A DNA stretch of 64,000 nt from the human T2T-CHM13v2.0 reference genome, Homo sapiens. Numbering within the stretch: the first letter of the stretch is position 1; every line of letters starts with the position of its first letter. Both the position numbers and the translations under genes were made by a program. Below, one piece after another: positions 49,054-63,245 of the stretch. The notes under the pieces were generated by a model. The model was not told the DNA's origin. It made no database searches and saw only the letters and a list, made by a program, of their open reading frames with translations. The DNA lies in assembly GCF_009914755.1 (NCBI RefSeq), contig NC_060925.1; one strand, 5' to 3'.

Positions 49054-51499
49054 CTTTATCTGAAGATATATACAGTGAAAGCAAAATAATGTAAGTAAGA
49101 CAAGAAGGATATCATTAATATACATTTATTTAAAAATTTTTTTTTCAGATGCCAAATGAAAGTTAAAGAACCCAAGTGTTTCCAAGATGAGAGAGGGGAG
49201 CCTCCCGAGGGCTGTATGAAGTCAAAGGAAAGATTATGGAGGTAAGGTGAGGTGGGGGAATGTGTCCTGACCTGAGAACTGATTAACAGGGGTGGTGAAT
49301 ATTTACTTTTGGCAGTAAGAGAAGGAGATGTAATTTGTAAAGGGCAGACAGAGGCCTTCCAAAGAGCCAACAATGTTCTAATTTTTGAATGAGGTGTTAG
49401 TCACATGAGTATTCTTTTTATGATATCTCAGTAGGCTATTCATTTGTTTTATTACATTTTCTGTATGTGTTAAGTTTCACCATAAAGTTGTTTTGAAAAG
49501 AGATTAATATGTGAGTAGACTCTATTCATTAAAAATGCAGGGTTCGCTAAGCCTCCATTATGATACTGGGAAGTCACAGATGAGTAAGACATAGTCATGG
49601 CTCTCAGGAAGCTCCCATTCTTCACATCAGAAGGAGGGGGGCGGTGACTGGAGATGAGCTCAGAAAGGTAGTTGGAGACAGGGTCATGAACACTGAGTAT
49701 GCAATGCTAAGGTACTACAACATTTTCCAGTATGTAACAGTGAGCCACTGATGGGTTTTGAGCAGATTGTTGACATGAGATTTTCATTTTGGAATGACAA
49801 CTTTGGTTATTACATAAAATGTGGGCTGAGGAAATTAGATAAAACTTGGAGTACAACACCTGATAAAGTATTATGTTGTTTTCACTTTCTGAAATATGTG
49901 TTTTCCTTCCCCAACGAGTTTTAAGTTACTGGACAGTTGTGTCACAATCTTATGTTTTCCAGAAGTGTACACAATTCTTGTCATAGAAACACAATACATA
50001 AAATTTAGTTGCTTTGATCCTTTTTGTTAGAATAAGAGTAATATAATAGAAGGATTAGTGGAATGAATTAATGGGCTGATGAATTATCTTAATGTCATAG
50101 CCTCATAAAACCTGCTGAGTTGTGCCCAATCTTATCAACATTATGAAGTCAGCTCCTTAATTTGTATTTGATTCTGAATGCATTCGTCCCATCTTCATCT
50201 TCAATCTCCTTCACCATACCAGGAAAATTTAAAGAGCTATTTGTAGCAAATAAGCCCTCAATCTGCATATATCGCCATAAAAAATATAATTGCAAGTTTA
50301 AGGCAGGGGGGTGGGGACAGCTCTAGAATTTGTCTCTGGGAGCTTGATTACAAGGTTGCAATCAAGAGTCACTGCCCAGAACATGGCTTTGAGAAAACAT
50401 TGATGGGAAAGAAGGAAGACAAGAGCCAAGGACCAGAAATCATGTTATTGGAGTCAACAGTTCCTGAACTTGATAATGCTTGCATCATATCTATAGGGAA
50501 ATATGAGAATATGAGCTATTTTTAGAATTTTATTTTCCATGCTCTGACAAGAACTCTTCCCTTTTTATTTTTCCTAAGGGTGTTTTTTTCTATTTCTTTT
50601 GAGTCAACAGTTTTGAGTGGAAAATGCACTAGAGCAGTAAAGGAGGAAGGAAACACCAGAGAACCTCAGTGGTGAGAACAAGAGTTCCAGTTTTTACAGG
50701 AATTTCACGTGGCTGTGTACATGTATGTGCATGTATTTCCAAGGTTGGCGTGGAGAAAAGAGAGGGGGTAGTGCAGAGGACTTTGGCTTTCTCTGCTAAT
50801 TTTCAACACTTCCTGGATAGAGAAAAACTTCAGGAAGGACCTAAGAAAACATGACAGGTTAAGTGCAAGTTAGAGACCAATTTGAAAAGCTATATAAGAC
50901 CCCCTTGCTTTAAAACAGTGAGAAAATAAAGGTCAGCCAGTGATCAGGTTTGAAGGTATTTTATATCCACCTCCAACAGTGAATTTTATGATGGAAATTC
51001 CACTGGAAGTTTATCCAGAAAAAAGAAAAGCAGACTCTATGAGGAAAAAGAAAATATTTCTAAGCACTTTTACTCCTCACATTCTCAGGTCCAGTTATAG
51101 AAAAATAAATGGAGACCCACGTACCATATTTTAAATATTTTAAAGTTATAAATCAAGCTAAGAGGCTGTTAAATGAAATGTTTTCTCATATTACGTTGAT
51201 TACAATAGTTTAGAAGAAAGTGATGAGCCATAAACACTTGCACATGGGCAAACCAACCTGCCCATCCAGGCTCTGTCTGTATCCCTGCAAGGAGAAACCC
51301 TGTGGCCATCCTTTGGGCCTAGAGGCAGGTCTTCTTTCAGGAACACAGGCCTGGGGAAGAGGCCCATGAAGGCCCTGGAAAAGGGACTGGAACTATTTGG
51401 ACAAGGAGTTCTGTATACCTGGAGAGAGGTCTCCAAGTGGGAGATCCCAGGCTCTGGATAGGCATGTCCCTTAGCCTCCCATACTCCTTACTCATGAGT

Positions 51500-51522
51500 T
51501 TCTGTCTATCTGTCTATCTATC

Positions 51523-51564
<42 letters not shown>

Positions 51565-51570
51565 TTATCT
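51500..51570 (+). repeat. (TCTG)n(TCTA)n tetranucleotide STR
   Basis: Directly visible GATA-type array. Confidence 0.95.
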
Positions 51571-51819
51571 CTCCTTAGGTTAATTTAGTCTAAACCATCT
51601 TTTCTGAGACTGGGCCTAGACTTACCTGGTGTATGTAATGCCACATTGTACTCACTTCATAAATGACAGCATGTACTGGTTGCTGAACTACAAGTTTAAA
51701 AAAGCACTTAGCTTCATTGGATAGTGAATTAATAAGGAATTTCTGAGGCTTCTCTGAGACCTAGATTAGTGAATAATGTATAATGCGTTCTATTTTTTCT
51801 CCTCTCACCCTTTTCAAGT

Positions 51820-52975
51820 AATACTATTAGTCAAGATAGAATAGACTGTGCTTCAAAAACAAAATGTCCATAACTTAACATTAGAAAAACTTAAGTATCA
51901 CTCATACAAATTCCACTGCAGGTGTTGCAAACTCTTCAGGACCACTATTCTCCATTCTGGGATTCAACAATCTAGGTTGTTTCCTTCTCTGCCATCTCAG
52001 TAGGAAGCCTCCATATTTGCTGAGGCAAAGGAAGGGAAGGAGAAAGAGTCACACACTGGCAATTAAATGCTGTAGACCAGAAGGTAACATTTGTCATTTC
52101 TGTGGCTGCCATAACAGATTATCACAAATTTGGTGGCTTGAAGTAACAGGAATTTATTCTCTCACCATGCTAGAGATTGGAAATCTGAAACCAAGGGATC
52201 AGCAGGCACATGCACTGCTGTAGGAAGAAGAATATTTTCTCTGAAGGCTGTAGGAAAGAATTTTTTCTTGCCTTTCTCTATCTTCCCGTGGCTCTTGGCA
52301 ATCCTTGGTGATCCCTTGGCTTATGCATGCACCACTCCAATCTCTACCTCCATCTTCATATTATTCTCTTCTCTGGCTCTGTGTATCTTTTCTTCTTCTT
52401 ATAAGGACACCAGTCATTGGACTTAGGGTTTATCTGAGTCTTAACTGATTATATCTTCAAAGACCCCATTGCCAAATAATGTTGCATTCTAAGGTTCTGG
52501 CTGGATGTGAATTTTAGGGGGATACCATTCAACTCACTATACACACCCAGTGTCCAGAGCTAATCACATAGCCCTGCCTAATGTTAAGAAGACTGGGTAA
52601 TACAGGTAAGTACATGGGATATTTGGTGCTATAAATGGAATGCTCGTGTTCCCCTAAAATGTTTATGTTGAAGCCCTAATCCCCTACATGGTGGTATTCA
52701 GGAGTAAGGCTTTTGGGAGGTAATTTGGGTTAGATGGGGTCATGTTGTTGCCATGATGGGATTAGTGTCCTTATAAAAGGAGAGAGAAGTTTTTTTCCCT
52801 CATGTGAGGGCATAGTGAGAAGGCAGCCATCTGCAAGCTGGGAAGAGTCCTCACCAGGAACTAAATGTGCCAGTACCTTGATCTTGGACTTCCCATTTCC
52901 AGAACTATGAGAAATAAATGTCCGTTATTTAAGCCAGACAGTCTCTGGTATTTTGTTCTAGCAGCCCAACCTGAC
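51820..52975. mobile_element. Nested MaLR LTRs (older MLT1 containing an MLT1C-like copy at ~52095-52540 minus; MLT1A/B-like at ~52627-52975 plus)
   Basis: gtggctgccataacagattatcacaaatttggtggctt; tataaggacaccagtcattgga; gatcttggacttccc...ccagaactatgagaaataaatg. Confidence 0.75.
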
Positions 52976-53089
52976 CATGGCAGTGAGTCTTACTATTTCT
53001 GCCACAGATATAAGTTTCAATTTTCACCTAAGAAGAAAAAAGAACATCTTAATTTTTACCCCTTTTTCTTTATAGCAAAAAAATGTCAT

Positions 53090-53900
53090 AGCATAATATA
53101 ATCTTAGAGCTGGAAATAATTTGAGAGATTTCTTAGGCTATGAAATGAGGATTAATTTCTTTTTTTTTCTCTTTGGGTATGCAGCCCCAAAATGAGTATC
53201 TTCTTGTTGGGGAAGCCACTAACCCAATTCCAGGCAATGATTTCTATTTTAACAGCCCTGGAAAGTGTTCCTAACAGTAAGTGAAATCTACCTTTCTATG
53301 ATTCCCATATGTTAATTCTGCATTCTAGAGGCAGATAAGGCCCTCTCTCTGCCACATGACATCTCTACTCATATTCAGAGCTGGCCCTCATGCCAAAGTT
53401 CTCTCTTCTCAGGGTAAGCATTCCTAGTTCCTCAATCAAATCTCTTGTGACCGGGTATCACATCTCTTCACTATTACAATCATCTTCTGGATGAACTCCA
53501 GCTTGTCAGTGTCACTTCTAAAGTTTTTTCAGAGGTGAAAATAGTGCATAGTCTGGGGAGCACTGAGCAGACTATTTTGCTTCCTTTATCAGGAAATCAT
53601 ACTGGTCTCAAATATTGTTGATTTAAACTCTTAGCTATTAAACTTTTAGCTATTGTTTACATGTGCCCTTACAAAGCCCCAGAGTATCTATCCAGTGAAT
53701 CTGCTTTTCTTTCATTTGGGTTTGTTTTTGGTCCTAAATCTATAAATTTACATTATCACTGTCATTTAACTTGCTAATGCTGTCCATAACTTTAGAATTT
53801 AGAGACATTTTTAGATCCTGATTCTGTTATCCAATGTACCCCATGGGGGTTACACCTTTGAGTCAGGTTCAGGTTTGATCAGCTTCTCCAAGTCTTTGTT
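53090..53900 (-). mobile_element. L3/CR1 LINE fragment
   Basis: ggaaagtgttcctaac...aaatctacc; ttcctagttcctcaatc; ctggatgaactccagcttgtca. Confidence 0.55.
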
Positions 53901-54289
53901 GCTTATTATTACATTAGAACCTAAGTCAAAGTTTTTGTTACTTGTATATTCAATGGAATTTTTGTTTTCTGGGCCCCAAACTCTTTTGAATGCTCAATAA
54001 CAGAACCCTTTTTCCAAATAAATAATATGTGAAACCACGATATGTAAAACAGACAAAAGGGGAATTAGGATGGGTGACTCCAGATTTGGCCAAATCAGCT
54101 TCCTCCTCCCACTGAGAACTAATCTTAATACATCTCTTTGAAACCCTACAGCTCCTTGGGAACACAGTGTGAAATGTGTACCTATTATACAAGGTGTTTC
54201 ACAGACTGATATCTTGAAGCATTTTGCTCATAAGCGAGGTGCAGAGGCCACAGAGGTGAGTATTATGTGGTTGGCCCTCCTATCAGAAA

Positions 54290-55060
54290 CAGTATGGCAT
54301 AGTTAGTGGTCAAGAGCAAAGCATCCAGACCCAGATTACCTGAGTATGAACTCTAGTTCCACTCCTAGTAAGATGTGTAATCTTGTACAGGCTACATAAC
54401 TTCCCTGTGCCCCAGTTTCCTAAAATGAGGTCCAGGAAAGAAAAAAATATCTTTTCTTCCCATTGGAGGTTTATGGCTGAGGCTCGTATGAAAGTCAGAT
54501 TAACAAGAGAAAAGCATGCAAATTTATTTAATATGTTTTATGTGACACAGGAGACTTCAGAAATGAAGACTCAAAAAAAAAAAAACAAGGAAATCTGTGC
54601 ATTTTTATGCTTAGTCTGATAAAGAAGTGGATAGTCCTAGAGAAGTATGCCTGAACAAAGCGGGTAGGATCTAACAGTAATAAACTGGGGAAAACAGCAA
54701 GTTCTGTTTGTTCAGATTCTTCTCATGTCTCCTGTGTCTTCAGAGATAAGGACGTTCCTTGACCTCAGATATAAGGAGGGCACCTCTGTAATGAACATTG
54801 TATGACCTGCTTCAGGGAAAAGGGAGAGGGGAAGGTGAGAGAAACCTTCCTGCTTCTGCTGTTTTCTCAAATGCCAAGGTGCCATATTTTGAGGAAGTAT
54901 GCCCTGCACCTCATCAGAGCACAACAGTACCAATTTAATGAGGCTAATAATAGTACCAACTTCATCAAGATGCTATGAAGACTAAATGAGTTAATACATG
55001 TGAAATATTTAGATCCATGCTAACACATAGTAAGAACTACGTAAATGCTGGCTTTCATTA
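54290..55060 (+). mobile_element. MIR split by an LTR insertion
   Basis: cagtatggcatagttagtggtcaagagc...cagtttcctaaaatgagg; resumes taataatagtacc...aaatgagttaatacatgtgaaa. Confidence 0.75.
54431..54916 (-). mobile_element. MER34-family solo LTR
   Basis: cagattaacaagagaaaagcat...ccaaggtgccatattttg...cctcatca; near-TSD gagg/gagc. Confidence 0.7.
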
Positions 55061-55398
55061 TTAGAGCTTTGTTGCTCTGATTTACCGTGTGACCATGGCA
55101 ATACTCACAAAGCTTCTTAAAATATATGATGTTGTTTTCCACTAGATTAGATGCTTCCACATTGGTCTGAACTACCATTTGAAATGCTCGATCAAAATTT
55201 TGGTAAGAAAAAATGTCAGAGACTGTGAATAACTGAGTGAACAAATATTTTTTAAGTGAACTAACAGATGAAATCTATTGAAATTGTAGAACAACTTTCC
55301 CTGTAGAGGTGTATCTAACACAATTCAGCTATTATTACTGGCTCTCCTTTGGCCTCCAAGAAGGGAATAAGTAATGGGCCTTGTCCTCATAGGCTGAC

Positions 55399-55783
55399 TT
55401 TTCTTTCTTTCTTTTTCTTTCTTTCTTTCTTTCTTTTTCTCTCTTTATCTCTTTCTTTTTCTTCTTTCTTTCCTTCTTTCTTTCTCTCTTTCTTTTTTAA
55501 TATATGCTCTTGCTCTGTCACTCAGGCTAGAGTGCAGTGGTAAGATCATAACTCACTGCAACCTCAAATTCCTGGGCTTAAGCAGTCCTCCTGCCTCCAC
55601 ATCCCAAGTAGCTAGGACTACTGATGCATATCACCACACCCAGCTAATTTTTTAAAAACTATTTTGTAGCAATAGGGTTTCATTATGTTGTACAGGTTGG
55701 TCTCAAACACCTGGCCTTAAGCAATTCTCCACCCTCGGCCTCCCAAAGTGCTGGGGTTACAGGCATGAGCCACTGTGTCAGGC
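55399..55783 (-). mobile_element. AluJ with a (CTTT)n-expanded tail
   Basis: Diverged Alu dimer preceded by a pyrimidine microsatellite. Confidence 0.9.
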
Positions 55784-57384
55784 AAGGCTGAAATGTTTTT
55801 ATCTTTCCCAATGTACACATGTATCTGAGCCACGCATATAATTTTGTTCAAGCAATAACCACCAATACATATAACAGATGCTTCATATGCTTTCTAGATT
55901 TTTCTCTATAGTTGCATCGTGGAATTATCCTTTTTCCCTCAGGATAATTATGTATTTATTCATGAAATATATATCTTTTTGGGCTATGTACCTTACAAAA
56001 TGTTCTTTCAGGACCTTTAGGGTCAGATGTTTCTATTGTATAATCTAAACACTGCTTAACAAAATGCACCAATTCTGCTTGACTTTGGAGAACTAACCTG
56101 CAGATCTGTACCCTTGAAGAGGCTGCACAGGCATTGGCCTACCTGGTAGTACATAAGCCCTTCATCTCTTACCCCTCAAAAATCCAACATCCCTGAAGGC
56201 CAATGTCCTATATAGCCTTCAAATGCAAATATTCCTGAGAGTGGTAATTGTTGAGATAAATTCACACAAATATAACACTTGTCCTGAGAAGGACTTGAGA
56301 GAGAGTGCTCCTGGGGCACAGCAGAGCCTGGAAAGAGAAGGGTCAGAGAAGCCTGAGCACCCAAAACAAACTGCTTTATAGCTTAACCTAGAGTGAGCAT
56401 GCTTTCTCCAATGCAGCCTCAGATTTCTTACTTGACCAGCAGAGTAAAACTGCAAGAAACATAGGAGAAGCAGTTGTTCTTAGTAAGGGTGAAGAAGGCT
56501 CATGAAAAGAGCTGAACAAACTGGGCGCAGGCGCCCAAGATACATGCTAAATTGTGATCAGAGATCTGTCACTCACCAACAGGTCCACACACAAAATTTG
56601 TGAAGCCATGGTAAGAGTACAAAGGGAGGCCCTCATACTATACATATAAATACATGAATGTTACAATCGAGTACCAAACTGTTAAATAAAACATATCCTC
56701 CCCTCTTACTTGGAGATATGGCTTCATAATAATCTGGAGGGCCCACTCCCACCTCATCCCATCTCTGATGAATACCACTATTCTTCAGCCTCTCTGAAGC
56801 ATAGGGATGCACATACCACAACTGTGGTTTACCCTCTGAAGGATGAACCCAGGGGAGAGATCCAAGCAAGCCCTAGAAGCAGTAAGTTTAGGAGTCCACC
56901 AGCTCCAGATAGGCATAACCGTCTGGCCTGCCAACTCCTCACCAGGGAAGAATGCAGCCGAGGAAAGAATGGCATGGTGCCTAGGGCTGGCCACATTGGT
57001 CCTGGGGCCATGAGTAGGGCCCACGGACTGCCAGCAGTACCTACACATGCACGTTGCCCCCAGAAACAACCTGCTTGCCCCCAGAAGCAGACCTCATCAG
57101 GCTTCTGGACTCTATTGTTTACTCCAAGAAGAAGAATCTAATGAGATGTTGCCTTGAGAGCCACTATGACTCAGTCTCCAAGGCCTCCTCACATCCTGAA
57201 GACTAGCCCAGTGGGGATAGGAAACCGGGAGCTAAAAAGCTTCGCCAATTTGGACGAGCTTCTGAGGCAGCAGCTCTCAGCCTAGATCACATCCTAGATG
57301 TGAGAGAACTCCAGGGCTGGAATTCTCTGAAGCTTTATCCTCGGGCAAGCAGTTACATCGGGAACATTTAATAATGAGTGCTGA

Positions 57385-57769
<385 letters not shown>

Positions 57770-58009
57770 TCAGCCATGCTAGGTTAAATATTGAATTATA
57801 TTTCTATTTTCTATGGAGAATATTACAATGTATTGCCATAGGAAGAGCCAACCAAAGAATATGCTGCCATAAATGTACAAATAATTATGATAGAGGAGTG
57901 ATAGACAGACACTGTTTCAATTTTATCTTTAAAAGATACCCAGGAAGAAAAAAAATACAAACCACAACAGTTGTTGGCCAACCCACTCCCACAGTTTCTG
58001 TATAACAAT

Positions 58010-58450
58010 TATTAATACTTTGTGAGCATTTACTGTGTTCCAAGTATTATTCTACTTGCTTTATATAGATTATCACATGTAATCCTCATTATCCCCATTT
58101 CAGAGATGGGGCGTGGAGTAGTTAAATAATGTTCCAGAAGGCATCCATCTAGTACTTGTTGGAGCCAGGATTTGAGCCCATACATCTGTTTCTCCAGAAC
58201 CCACACTCTTAACTCCACTGAGACTATCTATCTTCTTGGATCCCCATTAGGCATGAAAATAAAAAGCTGTATCCTAGTCCCAACTACTAGTCATACAATC
58301 TTGGGCTACTATATTTAAACTCTCTGTTATTGTTTATAAAGTAGGAACAACAATAATAACTCCCTCATAGGGCTGTTCTAAGGACTAAAGGAAAGCTACA
58401 AAAGTGCCTAGTGTAATGATAGTGTAATGCTAGATATTATATAAGTATAG
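58010..58450. mobile_element. Two MIR fragments
   Basis: gagcatttactgtgttccaag...cccatttcagagatgg; ctccctcatagggctgttctaaggactaaa. Confidence 0.7.
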
Positions 58451-59936
58451 GTCCCTCTCTTTCCTCTTTTCTTCTTTTTTTTTATTATTTGGCTACTTGG
58501 CTACTTGAGCTGCTTTCTTTTCACTATTTGAACATGCAATTCACAGTAATAATATTGGTTTCCCTTTTGGCATATTTACTAATTAAATATTTCCATCTTC
58601 CTATCTTAGAACTTCCATTTCTACTGTAATCACCAGGTTGCTCATTTTGTTTGTTTTTGTAAAGCACCATAAATCTTTCCTTTTAGGAAAAGGCAGGATG
58701 TAACTTACAAATTATGTAAATGAAAGTACAAGGTTCTGTGGGCCATCATAACTCTGTCATCACTCCTGGAAATGGTCTTGCAAAGCACATGTCTGTCAAG
58801 TCAGCAGTTCTGTTTTGACGCAGAAGGACATTTATTTCATCTGGACAGCCTTCTACTTTCTCTAACTACAAACTTCCAAATTTTGTGGGTGGGTCAGAAA
58901 TATGCTGTGTGAAGTAAATGTGCTGGCCCAGATCTGGAGGATCGATTTCCTCCCTTGAAGAGAACAAGCCATTTTATTCCTTGCTTAAAGTGGCCAAGAG
59001 AAAGACCCTTCTACAGGGACCAAAAAAAAAAATCAACTACTCTTTACAATCAGGCAGGTCGAGTGAACCAGAACTCAGATTTCCTGCTCTGCAGCTGTGT
59101 CTCCATTCATTGAGCAAATGCGGGAGCTTCTTCCTCTTACCACTGGGCAAGGATGCAATTTTTTTTCCTAACAGAAAGAAAATCCCCTCTGACAGTTCCA
59201 CCCACTAGAGATTACTCTGGTGCTGGCCCAAGCTATTTGCATCATAGCTGCACCCTCCAGGCCCCAGTTGCATCACAGAGAAGCGGAAGCCCCGGAGGGA
59301 TACTATCTCTGCCAGTTTCTCTAGGTTGCAATTAATTTTAAAAGTGAAACCAACCATATGCTTCCTTTACTTAGCACATTCCTGGGACACTGCAGCTACT
59401 TGCTGGATAAGCCAAGCAAAGGAAGCAAAAAAGCCTTGGGCTCAGAAGGCGTAGACAGCTTCCTCCTTTTGGCATTCAGGGAGCCCAGTTCCACTCTCAA
59501 ACCTTTGTTAATCTGCCTTTAATTCCCCGAACTGCCTGTTCTCTAGTGGTCCGATGAGCTCCCAGCTCCTTAATACCCAAATAAGGAGATCAGGGCTGGT
59601 TCCTGCTTCAGCAGAGACTGAGAGGCCTAGAGTAAATGGACTCGGAATTAAGTACTCAGGTGACCTCCGGACTTTGAACCTGACATGTCCCTGCTGGGGA
59701 AGGGTTGTCAAGGCACTGAAAGACTACACTCATTCTGAGTCTATAAACTGAGCATCTGTGACTACGGGCAATGTTTAGAATTGTCAGAGGCTGGCTCTTG
59801 GCCTCTCTCTCCACCACTTCCTTCTCAGAAACTCAGAGCACCCTAAGAACTTTTGCTGCTTCTTGGTCCCCAGGATTCCTACGCCCTCACTCATTTCCCT
59901 GCCTCCCCCAGATATCATTCCGTTAAGCAATTCCTT

Positions 59937-60529
59937 GTTAACAAACAATTGCTGGCTTTGCATTTCTCTTTCCTCCAAAATCGCCGAGGCCTCTACTTAC
60001 TGCTAAAAAAGAGGACTCTGTATAATTTTTAAATGAAGAGTGTTGTTTTTACCTAAATCAATCTGGCCTGGTATATGACAACAACAACAAAAGAACTCAA
60101 GGATAGAGCCAAAAAACTCGCCAACCAAGCAAGTAATTATGCTGAACCCCCTTGGGCACTCTCTAATTAGATGTTCTGGGCCCTCCCGATTCTTAGTTCT
60201 TTAATACCTGTTTTTCTCCTTCTCTTATTCGGACCTTGTGTCTTCCATTTAGTTTTTCAATTCATACAAAACCGCATCCAGGCCATCACTAATCATTCCA
60301 TACGACAAATGCTCCTTCTAACAACCCCACAATATCGCCCCTTACCACAAAATCTTCTTCAGCTTAATATCTCCCACTCTAGGTTCCCACGCCGCCCCTA
60401 ATCCTGCTCGAAGCAGCCCTGAGAAATATTGCCCATTATCTCTCCATACAACCCCCGAAAAATTTTCACTGCCCCAACTCTTCAATACTATTTTATGTTA
60501 TTTTTCTTATTGATATAAAAAGACAGGAA
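59937..60529 (+). pseudogene. HERV-H env remnant plus polypurine tract (5'-truncated provirus)
   Basis: SU motif NNCWLCIS (aacaattgctggctttgc) is fused to the TM remnant QNRRGL.../NEECCFYLNQSGLVYD. ORF 60171-60401 has the transmembrane segment PVFLLLLFGPCVF. PPT aaaagacaggaa. Confidence 0.9.
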
Positions 60530-60957
60530 TGTCAGGCCTCTGGGCCCAAGCTAAGCCAACATATCCCCTGTGACCTGCAAGTATACATCCAGATGGCCTG
60601 AAACAAGTGAAGAATCACAAAAGTGAAAATGGCAGGTTACTGCCTTAACTGATGACATTCCACCATTGGGATTTGTTCCTGCACCACCTTAACTGAGAGA
60701 TTAACCTTGTGAAATTCCTTCTGGCTCAGAAGCTCCCCAACTGAGCACCTTGTGACTCCCACCCCTGCCCGCAAGAGAAAAACCCCCTTTGACTGTAATT
60801 TTCCACTACCCGCCAAAATCCTATAAAACGACCCCACCCCATCTCCCTTCACTGACTCTCTTTTCGGACTCAGCCCGCCTGCACCCAGGTGAAATAAACA
60901 GGCTTGTTGCTCACACAAAGCCTGATTGGTGGTCTGTTCACACGGACGCATGTGACA
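60530..60957 (+). mobile_element. LTR7-family (HERV-H) 3' LTR
   Basis: tgtcaggcctctgggcccaagctaagcc start, TATA ctataaaa near 60821, AATAAA near 60893, end cacggacgcatgtgaca. Confidence 0.93.
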
Positions 60958-61759
60958 ATCCTGACTTCTTTTATTCTGCTGATGCTGCACCCCTTGACAC
61001 TTACAACACTCCGGTGCCTTACATATTGTGAATTAAATAGAATTTAAGGTATTCGACAGTCTATTATCTCATTTTCCTGTACTGCCCTAATTCCTCCCTC
61101 ATTTTCCAATATGCTTTCTTCTACATAATGAGATCTCAACCTGGATGCCCTCCTTGGGAAGATCACAAACATTGTTGACTCCATGCTGCATTGCCAACCC
61201 TGACCCCCGTGACAGCCACGCTCTTCCCCTTACTCTGCCCTTAACATCCATATCATTCTGACCCTACAGGACCTCAACCACTACCCACTCCCCTTCATCT
61301 ACATTACCTCAAATTCAGCCTATCCTTCAAGAACATTACCTTGAAGGCCCATGTTACCATCCATATCTTATATCAAATGACATCAACCCTGTCTACTCTG
61401 ACAGCCAATGATTTTTTTTCTTCCGGCTGATGGAAGAGCCTCTACCAGAAGATTTACTTTATTATGACAGAATAATATACCATAATATACCAAACCACCT
61501 GCAGATACCTACCTTCTGACCAGACTCCAACATTAACTAACTGTGTGAGATAGAGCAAGCCTTATTTTCCTAGGTATAAAATAAAAGGGTCTAAATGAAA
61601 CAACCTCACAAATCAAGCATCTCTATGGGCCACCTGAACTAAATCTTTAATCCCTCCTTTCTTTACTTCAATATTTTTAAATAATACCTTTTACCTTTCA
61701 ATAATAATAATAGATGTTAACATTTCAATACCTTTTAAATAGTACCTTTTACTTCAATA

Positions 61760-63185
61760 CCTTTTAAAAGAATTGGGAAAAATTTGTAGCAAACTTACTA
61801 ACAGAAATGAAAAAGTAGTCCCGACAGAGAGGATGATGTCCCAAAGGAAATGTTGCAGTCAAAAAAAAAACTTCACATGAAGAGAACTCTCAGAGATATT
61901 TCACAACATGGAAAGCACACAGGATAAGATGTTGGAAACAGATACAAACTTAAAAAGGAGTATGACAATTCACTGTTGACCAAAAAAAAAAAAAAATCAA
62001 ACTCTGTAAAATATTTAAAAAGGTTTATTCTGAGCCAAATATGAGCGACCAAGTCCTGTGACACAGCCCCAGGAGGTCCTGAGAACCAAGGTGGTTGTGT
62101 TACAGTTTGGTTTTATAAAATTTAAGGTGATAGAAGTTAAAGGCAGAAATCAACCAATACATGGATGGTGTACATTGGTTCTGTCTGAAAAGGTGGAACA
62201 ACTCAAAGGGCTGGCAGGGAGCGGGCAGTGGGGGCACACTCCAGATCATACATAGAGTTGAAGATTTTCTGATTGGCAACTGGCTGAAAGAGTTGTTATT
62301 ATCTAAAGACCTAGAATCAATAGAAAAGAATGTCTGGGTTAAAATAAGATGTTTTGCAGACCAAGGTTTTATCATGCAGATGAAACCTCCAGTAAATGTC
62401 CAGTAAATGTCTCTAATCAGACTTAAAAAGGTGCCAGACTCTTAATTAATATCTCCTGGATCAGGAAAAGACCTGGAAAAGGAAAGGGGATTCTCTACAA
62501 AATGTAGATTTTCCCCACAAGAGACAGCTTTCCAGGGCCATTTCAAAATATGTCAAAGAAATATATTTTGGGATAAAATACTTTCATTTATTTTAGGTCC
62601 TGCTGTTATGTGATGCTATACTAGAATCAGGTAGGAATTTGGTGTCTTATTGCTACAAAGAGTCTGTTTTGTCAGTCTTAAGATGTGTTGTAATACGAAT
62701 GCAGTCAGCTGTGCCTGAATTGCAAAGGGAGGAGAGTACAATGAGAAATGTCTGACTCCCCCTTCCCATCATGGCCAGAACTAGTTTCTGAGGTTTACTT
62801 TGGTTGATTTCCCTTCTAGAGGAGGAATCCATTCAGTCGGTTGGATGTGCTTAAGATTTTATATATGGTTCACATCACCAAGACAAGGAAAAGATGTTCA
62901 CTGTTTTATAAGAGGGCAAATACTGTTCAAGCTACACTTGATAAGTTTTCTACTTCTCAGTGTTTTAAATTCTGAATGTTCTAGTGTTTAAGTTGCAGTA
63001 TACTAAGTATTAGTTTTATACATTTATAACCGAGAGTAAGAGAGTTTTTAATGTTTTGACCAAAATTTTTAGCGGTCATGTTAACAATTGTGATTCTTCC
63101 CATTGATTATTGAGATTGCACATTTTTCGCTTGCACAGTTATTTTTATGACGCCACACTACTGAGCAAAGTGAGAGCTGTTTATA
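61760..63185 (+). mobile_element. Tigger-family DNA transposon remnant split by a MER4 LTR
   Basis: aacttcacatgaagagaactctcagagatatttcacaacat...aggataagatgttggaa continues after the LTR. Confidence 0.6.
61974..62874 (-). mobile_element. MER4-family solo LTR
   Basis: TG..CA termini, exact TSD TCAC (61970-61973, 62875-62878), MER4 motifs. Confidence 0.88.
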
Positions 63186-63245
63186 TTGATTTGCATATTT
63201 ATAAGTTGACATTTCAATTTTTCATCACAAATTTAAATAGTTGCT

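Noticed and set aside
56710-57141. 143-aa ORF
   Set aside because: Non-ATG start and no recognisable protein similarity. A GYAYLEL RNP1-like string on the minus strand is followed by stops.
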